Positions 1 through 8,599 of a stretch of 40,914 nucleotides of DNA are shown here, one piece after another; positions within the stretch are counted from its first letter, which is position 1; every line of letters begins with the position of its first letter. The DNA is taken from the IMG/VR virus record IMGVR_UViG_3300020045_002072, positions 1 through 40,914 of that record. One strand, 5' to 3'. A program made the position numbers and the translations under genes. This DNA is from a virus. Its lineage: Duplodnaviria > Caudoviricetes. The notes beneath the pieces were generated by a model. The model was given only the letters and a program-made list of their open reading frames with translations, was not told the origin of the DNA and searched no databases.

Positions 1-121
1 GATCGGAGCTAAAACTATAGCGGCAGTTAGCAAACTGGAAGATCTGCAAATCGTCATGCTATTCAATGCAGAGCGTATCGAGTTTTACACGGCACTTAAA
101 ACATTTTCAGCGTTCGGTAAA
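1..121. repeat. Terminal direct repeat, left copy (circular assembly overlap)
   Basis: 1-121 (gatcggagct...cgttcggtaaa) is identical to 40794-40914, and the endolysin frame continues across the join. Confidence 0.97.
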
Positions 122-169
122 GGCTGGGCTCGACGTGTGGCGTCAAACCTAAAATTAGCAGCAAAATAA
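2..169 (+). CDS. 3' part of GH108 endolysin (continues from 40474)
   Basis: Frame reads IGAKTIAAV...FGKGWARRVASNLKLAAK* and is in frame with the ORF starting at 40474; FGKGW..R is typical of the GH108 C-terminal peptidoglycan-binding region. Confidence 0.9.
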   Translation: MGAKTIAAVSKLEDLQIVMLFNAERIEFYTALKTFSAFGKGWARRVASNLKLAAK

Positions 170-181
170 AGAGGGTAAAAT

Positions 182-355
182 ATGGCTTACTTACTAGCTC
201 GATTGAAAGAGGCATCAACATGGCGCGGTATCGCGCTGTTACTAACAGCGTTCGGGGTTCAAGTTGCGCCAGATGTGCAAGAAGCGGTCATTAGTGCTGG
301 CGTCGCGGTAGCTGGCGCGATTGGTGTCTTCTTCCCTGACGCCACAAAGAGTTGA
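182..355 (+). CDS. Small holin-like membrane protein (57 aa, not in ORF track)
   Basis: MAYLLARLKEASTWRGIALLLTAFGVQVAPDVQEAVISAGVAVAGAIGVFFPDATKS; two hydrophobic segments, GAGG RBS, directly after the endolysin. Confidence 0.7.
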   Translation: MAYLLARLKEASTWRGIALLLTAFGVQVAPDVQEAVISAGVAVAGAIGVFFPDATKS

Positions 356-451
356 CGCAAACGAAAACAAGGACTAACATTAACTAAATTGCTCCACTCC
401 ATCTCCATCTGGTTGTTTCATCCTTGTTGTTCATTTGCTTACTCCTTGTTT

Positions 452-480
452 AAAAGCCCTCTCGCTGAGGGCTATTTTTT
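452..480. terminator. Bidirectional intrinsic terminator between converging lysis and early-left genes
   Basis: AAAA-GCCCTC-tcgct-GAGGGC-TATTTTTT. Confidence 0.65.
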
Positions 481-1017
481 GCTTGCAAATCCACGCTCAA
501 AATTAATCATGATCGCTTCTTTGGTGTGGAGCGGCGTAAATACCACAAAGCATGAACAGAAATTAACTCCTTTTACTTCCTTCTTCGTTTCGTCATCGAC
601 GAAATTATATCGACCGCTTGGCACATAAACTAACGTTGCCTTATCGCTAACAAGCTCACGCCACCACTTCGTGCATGGCTCGAAAGGTATCATGCAGCAC
701 ACGGTTAGATTATGACCTATCGATTGCTCTTTTGCTCGTTTCAAAAATAACTCTTTCTGCGAGAATGGCGGGTTGCACCAAACTGTGCGGTTAGCATCAG
801 CAAATGCGTAACCCCATTCTATCTTGAGTGCATCCTTTTCAGGTGCAATGAAATCAGCGCCTTTTGATTCCATGATTGACGTTGCGCAAGCATCTAACGA
901 AAAATATTTAACACCACATACCGCCAGCGCATCATTGATGGCCAGATCACTGGTATTCCAGAAGTCTTTTTTGCTTATCTGCGTTTTTGATTTTTTACCT
1001 GCTGTTACATGACTCAT
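472..1017 (-). CDS. dam: Phage DNA N6-adenine methyltransferase (Dam-like family)
   Basis: W.T start region, FSLDACAT, DAL...W and catalytic WCNPPFS motif. Confidence 0.85.
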   Translation of the reverse strand: MSHVTAGKKSKTQISKKDFWNTSDLAINDALAVCGVKYFSLDACATSIMESKGADFIAPEKDALKIEWGYAFADANRTVWCNPPFSQKELFLKRAKEQSIGHNLTVCCMIPFEPCTKWWRELVSDKATLVYVPSGRYNFVDDETKKEVKGVNFCSCFVVFTPLHTKEAIMINFERGFASKK

Positions 1018-1196
1018 AACAATCCAAGCCTCCGATCAATCTCTTTAGCTGCTTCATCGTAGAGTTTATATTCAACAATCGCTGCCTGCTGCATCTCCTG
1101 CCAGTTCTGCTTGCGACGATCTCTCAGTTTGATTAGCTTATCCGTTGACTGCGCTTTGATGTCGCTAAAGTCTTCTGTTTCAAATGGCTTTGTCAT
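1014..1196 (-). CDS. Hypothetical protein
   Basis: 60-aa ORF with 4-nt overlaps to both neighbours. Confidence 0.7.
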   Translation of the reverse strand: MTKPFETEDFSDIKAQSTDKLIKLRDRRKQNWQEMQQAAIVEYKLYDEAAKEIDRRLGLL

Positions 1197-1627
1197 TTTC
1201 CGCTACTCCCAAAACCACCGGTTCCGCGATCGCTTTCTGACAGTGAATCGACCTCTTCAAACGTGACAACAGGGACTGGGATCAGCATGGCTTGTGCGAT
1301 GCGATCACCCTCTGCTGGATGGTAGGTTAACTGACGATCACATGTTAGCTTGACCATCAGTTCACCTTTAAAGCCTGAATCAATAACGCCAACGGCATTA
1401 GATAATCGCGTGTTATGGTTAAAACCATGGCCTGATCGACTGTAAACCATCAACGCATAACCTTGCGGAGTGTCAAATGACAGCCCTGTGCTACACATGA
1501 AAACTGTTCCGCCGCATAAGCTGGTAACGCTGTCAGCGTACAAATCAAAGCAAGCATCTCCATCGTGCGCGTAGGTCGGAAGTTTTGCGGTTTCTGTCAG
1601 ACGTTTTACTTTTAGCGTTAAAGTCAT
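1193..1627 (-). CDS. dut: Trimeric dUTPase
   Basis: Motifs ACFDL, RSG, GVIDSGFKGE, RIAQ and RGTGGFGSSG. Confidence 0.96.
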   Translation of the reverse strand: MTLTLKVKRLTETAKLPTYAHDGDACFDLYADSVTSLCGGTVFMCSTGLSFDTPQGYALMVYSRSGHGFNHNTRLSNAVGVIDSGFKGELMVKLTCDRQLTYHPAEGDRIAQAMLIPVPVVTFEEVDSLSESDRGTGGFGSSGK

Positions 1628-1658
1628 TTTGTTTACCCCAATTAATTACAGCGCCTTA

Positions 1659-1700
1659 ATAATATCAGCGCTGGTGGTTATTTCTTTGATATGGATCACT
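1659..1700 (-). promoter_or_regulatory. CRP/FNR-type box plus extended -10 driving dut
   Basis: Minus strand AGTGAT-CCAT-ATCAAA (1700-1685), 20 nt, then TGA-TATTAT (-10 at 1664-1659). Confidence 0.6.
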
Positions 1701-1932
1701 AATCTCTATCCTTATAAACGCCATTCATCACACCCATGCGGTAGATGAACTGGTGATGACTAAAGCCAAGCAACTTCACCGTCTCTCTGTGCTTATCTAT
1801 GATCTGCAAAACTATTTCCATGTTTTCTTTTTTGCACATAGACTTTTCAGTCGCATTCGGTATGCGCCTCTTAACTTCCAGATTGATAGACTTGATAATA
1901 GCTATCAGTGCGTTGTCGTTTTCACAGCTCAT
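1699..1932 (-). CDS. Hypothetical protein
   Basis: 77-aa ORF packed in the leftward operon. Confidence 0.7.
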   Translation of the reverse strand: MSCENDNALIAIIKSINLEVKRRIPNATEKSMCKKENMEIVLQIIDKHRETVKLLGFSHHQFIYRMGVMNGVYKDRD

Positions 1933-1934
1933 TG

Positions 1935-2744
1935 CTAAACCTCACGCCACTGATCTCCATACTTGAACCCCATAATCTCTAAAATGGCATCCATTTCTGA
2001 AATAAATTTAGGGATCGCATCTTCTAATTTCCTGAAAATCTCATCGCGTGGATACTGAGGAATGACAACAAGTCGATTATCAGCGCAGCCTCTAAACTCA
2101 TTATGATATGAGCAGAAATCCCAATTTTGATATCCGGTCACATACATAGAGAATTGACACTGAATGTCATATTCAGGCTTTATTTCACCTTTCAGCTTTG
2201 CCCGCAAATGCACTGAGTCGGTGACTGGGTTTTTAATCTCAAGTCCACATAGATCTGTTAATCCGTCAGGGCTGCAACCAACTCGCAACGATTCGTCCTT
2301 GTAGATGAACCCGCACTGTTCAACGCGCTCAAACTTTAACGCCTCGTATGCCTCACGCGCTACAGGCTCCCATAGGTGACCCCACTCAGCTTGTTTGAAT
2401 GAGGCGTTATCTCTTGGCTTTCCACGGCAAATCTCACCAACGAGATCGAGCATGTAATTCTCTTTCATAAGTGAAGGGATTCTTGGCAAAGAATCTCGCA
2501 CAAAGTCGATGCACTTTGCCTTTGTGCCAATGAATTCCTTTCCTTGGAAAATTACGATATTTTCTCCGCGCTTGCTACCTTCAATGATTTTTATGCCTTC
2601 AGGCAGCGGCGCCCTTGCATCCTCCATTAAAAGAATTTCTGCATTTGACGCGCTAATAACTCCAAGCCTAGATCGCTTCCATTCTTCCGTTCCCTGCTCT
2701 ATCTCAAATGTGTTAATGCCAAGAATGTTATTTTCGTAAATCAT
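1935..2744 (-). CDS. YqaJ/lambda-exonuclease family recombination nuclease
   Basis: EQGTEEW..R.G.ISAS, WG...EP.AR, GCSPDGL, LEIKNP and Q.QFSM motifs; adjacent to RecT. Confidence 0.92.
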   Translation of the reverse strand: MIYENNILGINTFEIEQGTEEWKRSRLGVISASNAEILLMEDARAPLPEGIKIIEGSKRGENIVIFQGKEFIGTKAKCIDFVRDSLPRIPSLMKENYMLDLVGEICRGKPRDNASFKQAEWGHLWEPVAREAYEALKFERVEQCGFIYKDESLRVGCSPDGLTDLCGLEIKNPVTDSVHLRAKLKGEIKPEYDIQCQFSMYVTGYQNWDFCSYHNEFRGCADNRLVVIPQYPRDEIFRKLEDAIPKFISEMDAILEIMGFKYGDQWREV

Positions 2745-3628
2745 TTCATAGCCTCCAGCTTGCGAGCGAATCCTTGTAATTCAGCGTCAGATAAGTCGTC
2801 AATGGCTTTAACTTCACGTTTAACCATCTTTGACGCCCACTCAAGGAATGATTGCATCGCCTTTCCTTGACGCTCCAGTGATGCTTTTATCGAATCAATC
2901 GGGTTGATGATGATTTCAGGCTTTTGATCCCCTTGCTTCTGGTGATTGAATGAAATGCCTTCCTCTCCTTCGGTATTCAGCAAGTCAATTGCAGTATTCA
3001 GGCGATCAACCTTAGGCCAATACTTCGACGCCCGCTTGATCACTGTTTTTCTCACCATTTCAAAATAGTCAGTTACCCATGGCCCCTTCCCTGATTTTCC
3101 AGACTCTGATCGCCCCTTTATCTGATTTACTTCTTCGATCGTCATTTCTTCTGTTAGATATGCGCCAGTATTGGTTCTGACAACACAATAAACGCCAACC
3201 AGGTTTCCGCGATCGCCAAACGTATTTGATTTATGAACTGGAGGCTTATCGATACCGACATTCTCGTAAGTGTCTTTTTCATATACCAGCTTTGCCTGGC
3301 CGAACTCGATTGATCCGGTTGACATCGCAAGGTGAAGTAACCCCATATAAGAAATGTCTAGGCAGATATTCCCTTTTCTAGGTACAAGGTAGGCGTGTTT
3401 ATTTGCCGGATTAAGACTGATCCCGATAGCAGACGCATTGCGCAAAGCATTCTGAACGGATATCGGATTACCCAATGCGATCTTGAGCGCAAAGTCATTG
3501 GCATACAGCAACTGCATCGCATAGTTTGCCTCAGCTCCGAAATCAACATCGTTATGACGTGCAATTAATTTTGTGCATTCTTGCTCTACCGATGAGACGA
3601 CATTCTCGATTGTTAGTTGGTTGCTCAT
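2741..3628 (-). CDS. recT: RecT-family single-strand annealing protein
   Basis: G.SLNP...AYLVPR, L.ISY.GL, GPW.T...EM.RKTVIKR..KYWP. Confidence 0.92.
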   Translation of the reverse strand: MSNQLTIENVVSSVEQECTKLIARHNDVDFGAEANYAMQLLYANDFALKIALGNPISVQNALRNASAIGISLNPANKHAYLVPRKGNICLDISYMGLLHLAMSTGSIEFGQAKLVYEKDTYENVGIDKPPVHKSNTFGDRGNLVGVYCVVRTNTGAYLTEEMTIEEVNQIKGRSESGKSGKGPWVTDYFEMVRKTVIKRASKYWPKVDRLNTAIDLLNTEGEEGISFNHQKQGDQKPEIIINPIDSIKASLERQGKAMQSFLEWASKMVKREVKAIDDLSDAELQGFARKLEAMK

Positions 3629-3643
3629 TGCTTTTACTCCTTG

Positions 3644-3865
3644 TTATTGATTTATTAATTGATTCAGTTTTTCAGTGACCAACTCAAACCCCTCTCGGAC
3701 TGAAAACGGATCTTCACTGCCATCAACATAAACCTGCGTGTAGATCTTTTTGCTTTCATGCGTTCCAGATGACTGAGTGCTTTTTACGCAAACGATAGCT
3801 GAGATTTTATTTACTGGAATTGCAATTTCTCCACAAAGACAACTCAAAAACATTAACTTACTCAT
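3644..3865 (-). CDS. Hypothetical protein, first gene of left operon
   Basis: 73-aa ORF with AAGGAG RBS directly below the left promoter. Confidence 0.75.
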   Translation of the reverse strand: MSKLMFLSCLCGEIAIPVNKISAIVCVKSTQSSGTHESKKIYTQVYVDGSEDPFSVREGFELVTEKLNQLINQ

Positions 3866-3892
3866 ATCAATACTCCTTGTTAGTGTTCGCTA

Positions 3893-3953
3893 ACTATAAA
3901 TCACAATAAATTCAAAATCAACTATTGATTTTAATATATTACAGTTGTAGCAT
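3893..3953. promoter_or_regulatory. Back-to-back divergent sigma70 promoters (PL/PR-like)
   Basis: Left: TTGATT(3921-3916)-17-TATAGT(3898-3893). Right: TTGATT(3925-3930)-17-TAGCAT(3948-3953). The two -35 boxes form the inverted repeat AAAATCAA-cta-TTGATTTT. Confidence 0.7.
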
Positions 3954-3979
3954 TGGTTAATCACAACAGAGGAATAAAC

Positions 3980-4183
3980 ATGAACCTATCAAAATCAACA
4001 AAAATGCTATGCGCAATCAAAGAAACCACTCAGGAAGGAGTTGCAACAGGTGCAGGTGTTAGCGTGTTCACAGTAACAAGAATGATCCACAAGAACGTAG
4101 CAAGCACAAAAACGCTTGAAGCTATAAGTAAGTGGGCGGAAATGGAGGTTTCTGAATTTATTGCGCTAGGGGAAAAGAAGTAA
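3980..4183 (+). CDS. Cro/XRE-like HTH regulator
   Basis: TQEGVATGAGVSVFTVTRM HTH and TLEAIS....M.VSEFIALGE tail; ATG 3980 with GAGG RBS. Confidence 0.8.
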   Translation: MNLSKSTKMLCAIKETTQEGVATGAGVSVFTVTRMIHKNVASTKTLEAISKWAEMEVSEFIALGEKK

Positions 4184-4376
4184 CTAACTTCCATAGTGAT
4201 AGATGTTACACCACTGGTGGATAATCCAAGACACCAATGGTTAGCTGGTTAAACTCCTGAGCTGCAATGGTTGAATAATTAATTGGTGTACGCCAATGGC
4301 GCATACCAGTAAATCAATTATGTAGAATTCAAACAAACAGATATTATGATAAAGGGTGATTAAATATGGAAAAAGA

Positions 4377-4405
4377 TTGCCGGTATTATATTACTGGTTT
4401 ATTAT
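4377..4405 (+). promoter_or_regulatory. Sigma70 promoter for KilA-N gene with palindrome in spacer
   Basis: TTGCCG-17-TATTAT; CCGGTA-ttatat-TACTGG overlaps the -35 and spacer. Confidence 0.5.
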
Positions 4406-4436
4406 ATCCATAATTAGTCACCAATAAGGGCGCAAG

Positions 4437-5042
4437 ATGAAAACTGAAGTCATAATGAAACGCAGATTGTTTGGAAATGAGATCTCGCAAAAAAGTCAGA
4501 GCGAAATGTTTTCAGCAACAGATCTTGTGAAGGCTGGGAACATGTGGCGGATAGCAAATGGCCTTTCTCCTTTTGACGCCAAAGCATGGTTTAAGAATAA
4601 ATCCACATCCGAATTTATCGCTGAGCTTGAGATTAAATACGGAAAAGTGAAGGTTTCAGGCAGAGGGAAGGGATCTCATACATGGGTGCATCCATTGCTA
4701 TTTATTGATATGGCACTAGCAATAAACCCAAAACTAAAGGTTGAGGTTTACGAGTGGTTATTTGATAACCTTATTAAATTCAGAAATGAAAGCGGCGATT
4801 CTTACAAGAAAATGTGCGGTAATTTATACGCCAATCAAGGAGATAAGCGAAATTTTCCCGCATTCGTTTCTGATGTTGCGAACAAAGTAAAATTAGCTTG
4901 CAGAGTTAATGACTGGAACAAGGCAACGGAAGAACAGTTAAACAAAAGAGACAAGATCCATAACAACATAGCCCTTTTATCTGATGTGCTTAGAAATAAC
5001 GATCAGGCAGTTAGAATTGGCATATTGAAGGCAATTGATTAA
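4437..5042 (+). CDS. KilA-N domain DNA-binding protein
   Basis: F.ATDL, WF.NK.T.EFI.EL, GRG....TWVHPLL.ID.A....P...V.VY.W. Confidence 0.88.
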   Translation: MKTEVIMKRRLFGNEISQKSQSEMFSATDLVKAGNMWRIANGLSPFDAKAWFKNKSTSEFIAELEIKYGKVKVSGRGKGSHTWVHPLLFIDMALAINPKLKVEVYEWLFDNLIKFRNESGDSYKKMCGNLYANQGDKRNFPAFVSDVANKVKLACRVNDWNKATEEQLNKRDKIHNNIALLSDVLRNNDQAVRIGILKAID

Positions 5043-5160
5043 TGGTAGAATAGAAAAACCGCTCCATCATTGCCTTGCCGGGCTAGGAGCGGTCCGAATG
5101 TTCAGGTTCAATTATATACCATTCTCCTGAACTCTCATTAATTTTTTGAGGGTTATCTAA

Positions 5161-5883
5161 ATGTCTATGCTTCTAATGGTTAAAGCAATGCAAACCAAGG
5201 TTGGTAATCCATTGCGCAAACTCGTATTACTTAAATTAGCAGACAATGCAAACGATCAAGGTGAATGCTGGCCTTCATTGCAGTACATCGCCGATCAATG
5301 CGAGATCAGCAAGCGATCAGTTATATCTCACATATCTGCACTTTGTGACTCTGGCTTGTTAAAAAAAGAGCACAGAGAAGGAAAGTTTAAAGCCAATGCA
5401 AGCAACCTATACACGCTAACAATACATAGTGAAACTCCTGCACTACATAGTGCAAATAATTCACTAGGTGGTGAAACTCCTGCACTACCCCCTAGTGAAA
5501 CTCCTGCACCCAGAATCAGTAACTCTTTAGAACCAGTCATTGAATCAGTCATAGATCCTAAAGATAGCGCGATTAGCAAAAAGACCTTTTCACTTCCTGA
5601 AAAACTAAATCTAGCCGCATGGTCACTCTGGGTTGAATACCGCAAACAGCAAGGATTCAAGCCATACAAACAAGTCGCACTCGGAGAGGGAGCGGCGGCA
5701 AGCAAGCTGATAGAGTTAGCTGGGGGCGATCCTGCAAAACAATTGGCGATAGTGAACCAGTCAATATCAAATCAGTGGAAGGGCCTTTTCGAACTAAAGG
5801 CAGAGCAGCAGCAGAAATCAGCAATTCGACAAACCGGATTCACTGCCAGCGACAATCCATCTTGCACCGTGGGGAAGATCTGA
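5161..5883 (+). CDS. Phage replication initiator (O-like, N-terminal HTH)
   Basis: KLVLLKLADNANDQGECWPSLQYIADQCEISKRSV N-terminus, internal iterons, C-terminal QSISNQWKGLF; precedes DnaC-like and DnaB genes. Confidence 0.88.
   Translation: MSMLLMVKAMQTKVGNPLRKLVLLKLADNANDQGECWPSLQYIADQCEISKRSVISHISALCDSGLLKKEHREGKFKANASNLYTLTIHSETPALHSANNSLGGETPALPPSETPAPRISNSLEPVIESVIDPKDSAISKKTFSLPEKLNLAAWSLWVEYRKQQGFKPYKQVALGEGAAASKLIELAGGDPAKQLAIVNQSISNQWKGLFELKAEQQQKSAIRQTGFTASDNPSCTVGKI
5427..5511. repeat. Replication origin iterons within the initiator gene
   Basis: Four TAGTG-N9-CACTA-type units at 5427, 5448, 5469 and 5493; three carry GTGAAACTCCTGCAC. Confidence 0.8.
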
Positions 5884-5884
5884 A

Positions 5885-6676
5885 ATGACGAATCAAATAA
5901 GCCTGTCAGTGCTATCTTCCGCTAAATCAATAACGGCGAAATGTGAAATTCACGGCATTGATTATCAGAAGCATGATTTTTTTGGTCGCGGATATCACGG
6001 CATTTGCCCTGAATGCGCAAAAGAAGATGATCAAGCAAAGTTCGACGCAGAACAGAAGGCTATCAAGGAAAGCAATGACGCAAAACTGAATGAACTCAGA
6101 AATGATCGGATTAAGTCATCTGGACTGCCTGCCCGCTTTGCATGGAAAACATTTTCAGACTATGTACCAACAACGCCAGATCAAGAACACGCGCTTACGG
6201 TTGTTGCTGGATACGCTAAAGACACCACAAAACTAAAACTAGGTCGCGGGATGATCATCACTGGCACGGTCGGGGTCGGGAAAACTCACCTGGCGGCATC
6301 AATCATCAACGAAATTATTAAGCCTGATAATTCAGTAAATGCGATCTATGTCACATTCAGCGACATGATCCGTCATATAAGATCGGCATGGCGCGATCGT
6401 AGTGTTGATGAGCAGTCACTGATAAACAAATACTCATCGGTATCAATGCTAATCATCGATGAGATCGGTGTTCAGTTTGGAAGCGATAGCGAGATGGTGC
6501 AGATGTTCGAGGTTATGAATAAGCGGTATGGTGAAATGCTGCCGACTGTTTTGATTTCTAACCTGCAAATGGATGAATTATGCAAGCTGCTAGGCGACCG
6601 CATAATAGACCGTATGCGCGAAGATGACGGCATAGCGGTGCGGATGGATTGGGAAAGCAATCGGAGTGCGGCATAG
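5885..6676 (+). CDS. DnaC/IstB-like AAA+ helicase loader
   Basis: C..H...CPEC Zn motif, Walker A GTVGVGKT, LIIDEIG, SN, RIIDRM. Confidence 0.92.
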   Translation: MTNQISLSVLSSAKSITAKCEIHGIDYQKHDFFGRGYHGICPECAKEDDQAKFDAEQKAIKESNDAKLNELRNDRIKSSGLPARFAWKTFSDYVPTTPDQEHALTVVAGYAKDTTKLKLGRGMIITGTVGVGKTHLAASIINEIIKPDNSVNAIYVTFSDMIRHIRSAWRDRSVDEQSLINKYSSVSMLIIDEIGVQFGSDSEMVQMFEVMNKRYGEMLPTVLISNLQMDELCKLLGDRIIDRMREDDGIAVRMDWESNRSAA

Positions 6677-8037
6677 TGGCTAATATTGCGTTAAATGATA
6701 TTAAACAGGCCCCGTTTAGTCATGAGGCTGAGCAATCAGTTATCGGCGGGCTTCTTTTAGATCAATCTGCATGGGATGACATAAGCGTTATTGTTTCTGT
6801 AGATGATTTTTACAGCAAAATTCACAGAACAATTTTTCAGGCAGTATCAGTGATTTTATCGTCAGGTAGAAGCATTGACCTGATCACGCTGCAAGAGGAG
6901 TTGGAAGGATCTGGATTGCTTGAGTCGGTAGGTGGGTTTGTTTACCTGGTTGAGATAGTTCGAGTAACGCCAAGCGCAGCGAATATCACTGCTTACGCAA
7001 AGATAGTAAAAGAGCGATCATTAACTAGATCTATGATTGCTATCGGAAATGAGATGGTAGAGGCCGGATATAACACACAGGGCCGCGCAGTATCGGAAAT
7101 ATCTGATTCATTTCAAGTTAAATTAAATTCACTCGTTGAAACTGGATCGCCAGACGATAAACCGTCAAACATGAATCAGGCGTTAAATAGTGCGCTTGAT
7201 AAAATTGAAGAGGCCCAAGCAAGAGGAGGGTCAATAACTGGGCTGTCAACTGGATTTACTGATCTGGATAAGCTGACGAGCGGTTTACAACCTGCTGACA
7301 TGATTGTATTGGCAGGTCGTCCGTCGATGGGCAAAACTACGATAGGCATGAACATCGCCGATCACGTTGCGCAAACTAGCGGAAAGCATGTAATGGTATT
7401 CTCTCTTGAGATGCCAGAAGATCAATTAACCCGCAGGTTATTGGCATCAAATGGCATGGTTAACATGACAAAGATCAACAACGCCAATTTGGATGATGAT
7501 GATTGGGGCAGGTTAAGCATGGCAACTGGTAAGCTCATGGAAAGTAAAATGCTGATCGATGATGCTGGCGGGTTAACGCCATCTGAGCTGCGAGCACGAG
7601 CAAAGCGCGCGCACAAAGAAAATGAGTTAGGGTTAATAATTATCGATTACCTTGGCTTAATGCGTGTTCCGCAGTTGGCCGGAAATCGCAATGCTGAAAT
7701 ATCTGAGATCTCGCAGTCAGTAAAAGAGTTGGCAAAGGAACTGAATGTGCCGGTAATCGTGCTATCTCAGTTAAATAGAAGTCTTGAGCAGCGAGCAGAT
7801 AAACGACCAATCAACTCAGACTTGCGAGACTCTGGCGCAATTGAGCAGGACGCTGATTTGATTTTATTTGTTTATCGGGATGAGGTTTACAATGACAATT
7901 CGCCTGATCGCGGAACGGCTGAATTGATTATCGGAAAGCAGCGTAACGGGCCGTTAGGGAAAGTTAGACTAACGTTTCAGGGTGAATACTCTCGGTTCTG
8001 CAATTTCGCAGGGCCAAGATTTAATGATGAATATTAA
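6676..8037 (+). CDS. dnaB: Replicative DNA helicase DnaB
   Basis: EAEQSVIGGLL, GRPSMGKT, FSLEM, IIDYL, LSQLNR, DLRDSGAIEQDAD, KQRNGP; likely GTG start at 6676. Confidence 0.97.
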   Translation: MANIALNDIKQAPFSHEAEQSVIGGLLLDQSAWDDISVIVSVDDFYSKIHRTIFQAVSVILSSGRSIDLITLQEELEGSGLLESVGGFVYLVEIVRVTPSAANITAYAKIVKERSLTRSMIAIGNEMVEAGYNTQGRAVSEISDSFQVKLNSLVETGSPDDKPSNMNQALNSALDKIEEAQARGGSITGLSTGFTDLDKLTSGLQPADMIVLAGRPSMGKTTIGMNIADHVAQTSGKHVMVFSLEMPEDQLTRRLLASNGMVNMTKINNANLDDDDWGRLSMATGKLMESKMLIDDAGGLTPSELRARAKRAHKENELGLIIIDYLGLMRVPQLAGNRNAEISEISQSVKELAKELNVPVIVLSQLNRSLEQRADKRPINSDLRDSGAIEQDADLILFVYRDEVYNDNSPDRGTAELIIGKQRNGPLGKVRLTFQGEYSRFCNFAGPRFNDEY

Positions 8038-8054
8038 TTAACGGAGTATGAAAA

Positions 8055-8558
8055 ATGAACGTGTTAACAATTGCTGGGAACATTGGCAAAGACGCAAAAA
8101 TTAATCAAGTTCAAACATCAACCGGATTTATTAACGTTGCCAATTTTTCGGTTGCGGTGGCAACAATGAAAAAAGATCCATCAACCGGCAAAGCGATCAG
8201 TCAGTGGTTTGATTGTGCTTTGTGGGGTGATCGCGCAGATAAGATCGCGCAGTTTCTGACTGCTGGTACAAAAGTTTGCGTATCTGGTGAAGTGGGGGTT
8301 GATTCATACCAAGACAGCCAAGGCGTAATGAAGCCTAAGATGACCGTGCGAGTTGGAAGTGTAACGCTGCAAGGAAGCGCAAATCAGCAGCAAGGCCAGC
8401 AGCAATCGCATCCAATGCAGCAGCAGCGACAACAACCAGCGCAGCAACAACCACAACAGCAGGGCTATCAATACAACCACCAGCAAACGCAGCAGCCGCA
8501 GAATGCCGGTGGATTCAATGAGCCGCCAATGGACTGGGAAGACCAAATACCGTTTTAA
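8055..8558 (+). CDS. ssb: Single-stranded DNA-binding protein
   Basis: OB-fold motifs, Q-rich linker, acidic DQIPF C-terminus. Confidence 0.95.
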   Translation: MNVLTIAGNIGKDAKINQVQTSTGFINVANFSVAVATMKKDPSTGKAISQWFDCALWGDRADKIAQFLTAGTKVCVSGEVGVDSYQDSQGVMKPKMTVRVGSVTLQGSANQQQGQQQSHPMQQQRQQPAQQQPQQQGYQYNHQQTQQPQNAGGFNEPPMDWEDQIPF

Positions 8559-8568
8559 TTAACAATTT

Positions 8569-8590
8569 GCGGCCTTTATTGGCCGCTTAT
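8569..8590 (+). terminator. Possible weak terminator after ssb
   Basis: GCGGCC-tttatt-GGCCGC-TTAT; poor U-tract. Confidence 0.4.
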
Positions 8591-8599
8591 CGGTGACTT

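Noticed and set aside
291-434. Stop-codon reassignment (TAG read as sense) in this phage
   Set aside because: TAG ends core genes normally (major capsid before its terminator, tail chaperone, DnaC-like), coding density is high in the standard code, and no suppressor tRNA is present
8385-8500. CAG/CAA-rich low-complexity tract
   Set aside because: Ordinary Q-rich linker of SSB
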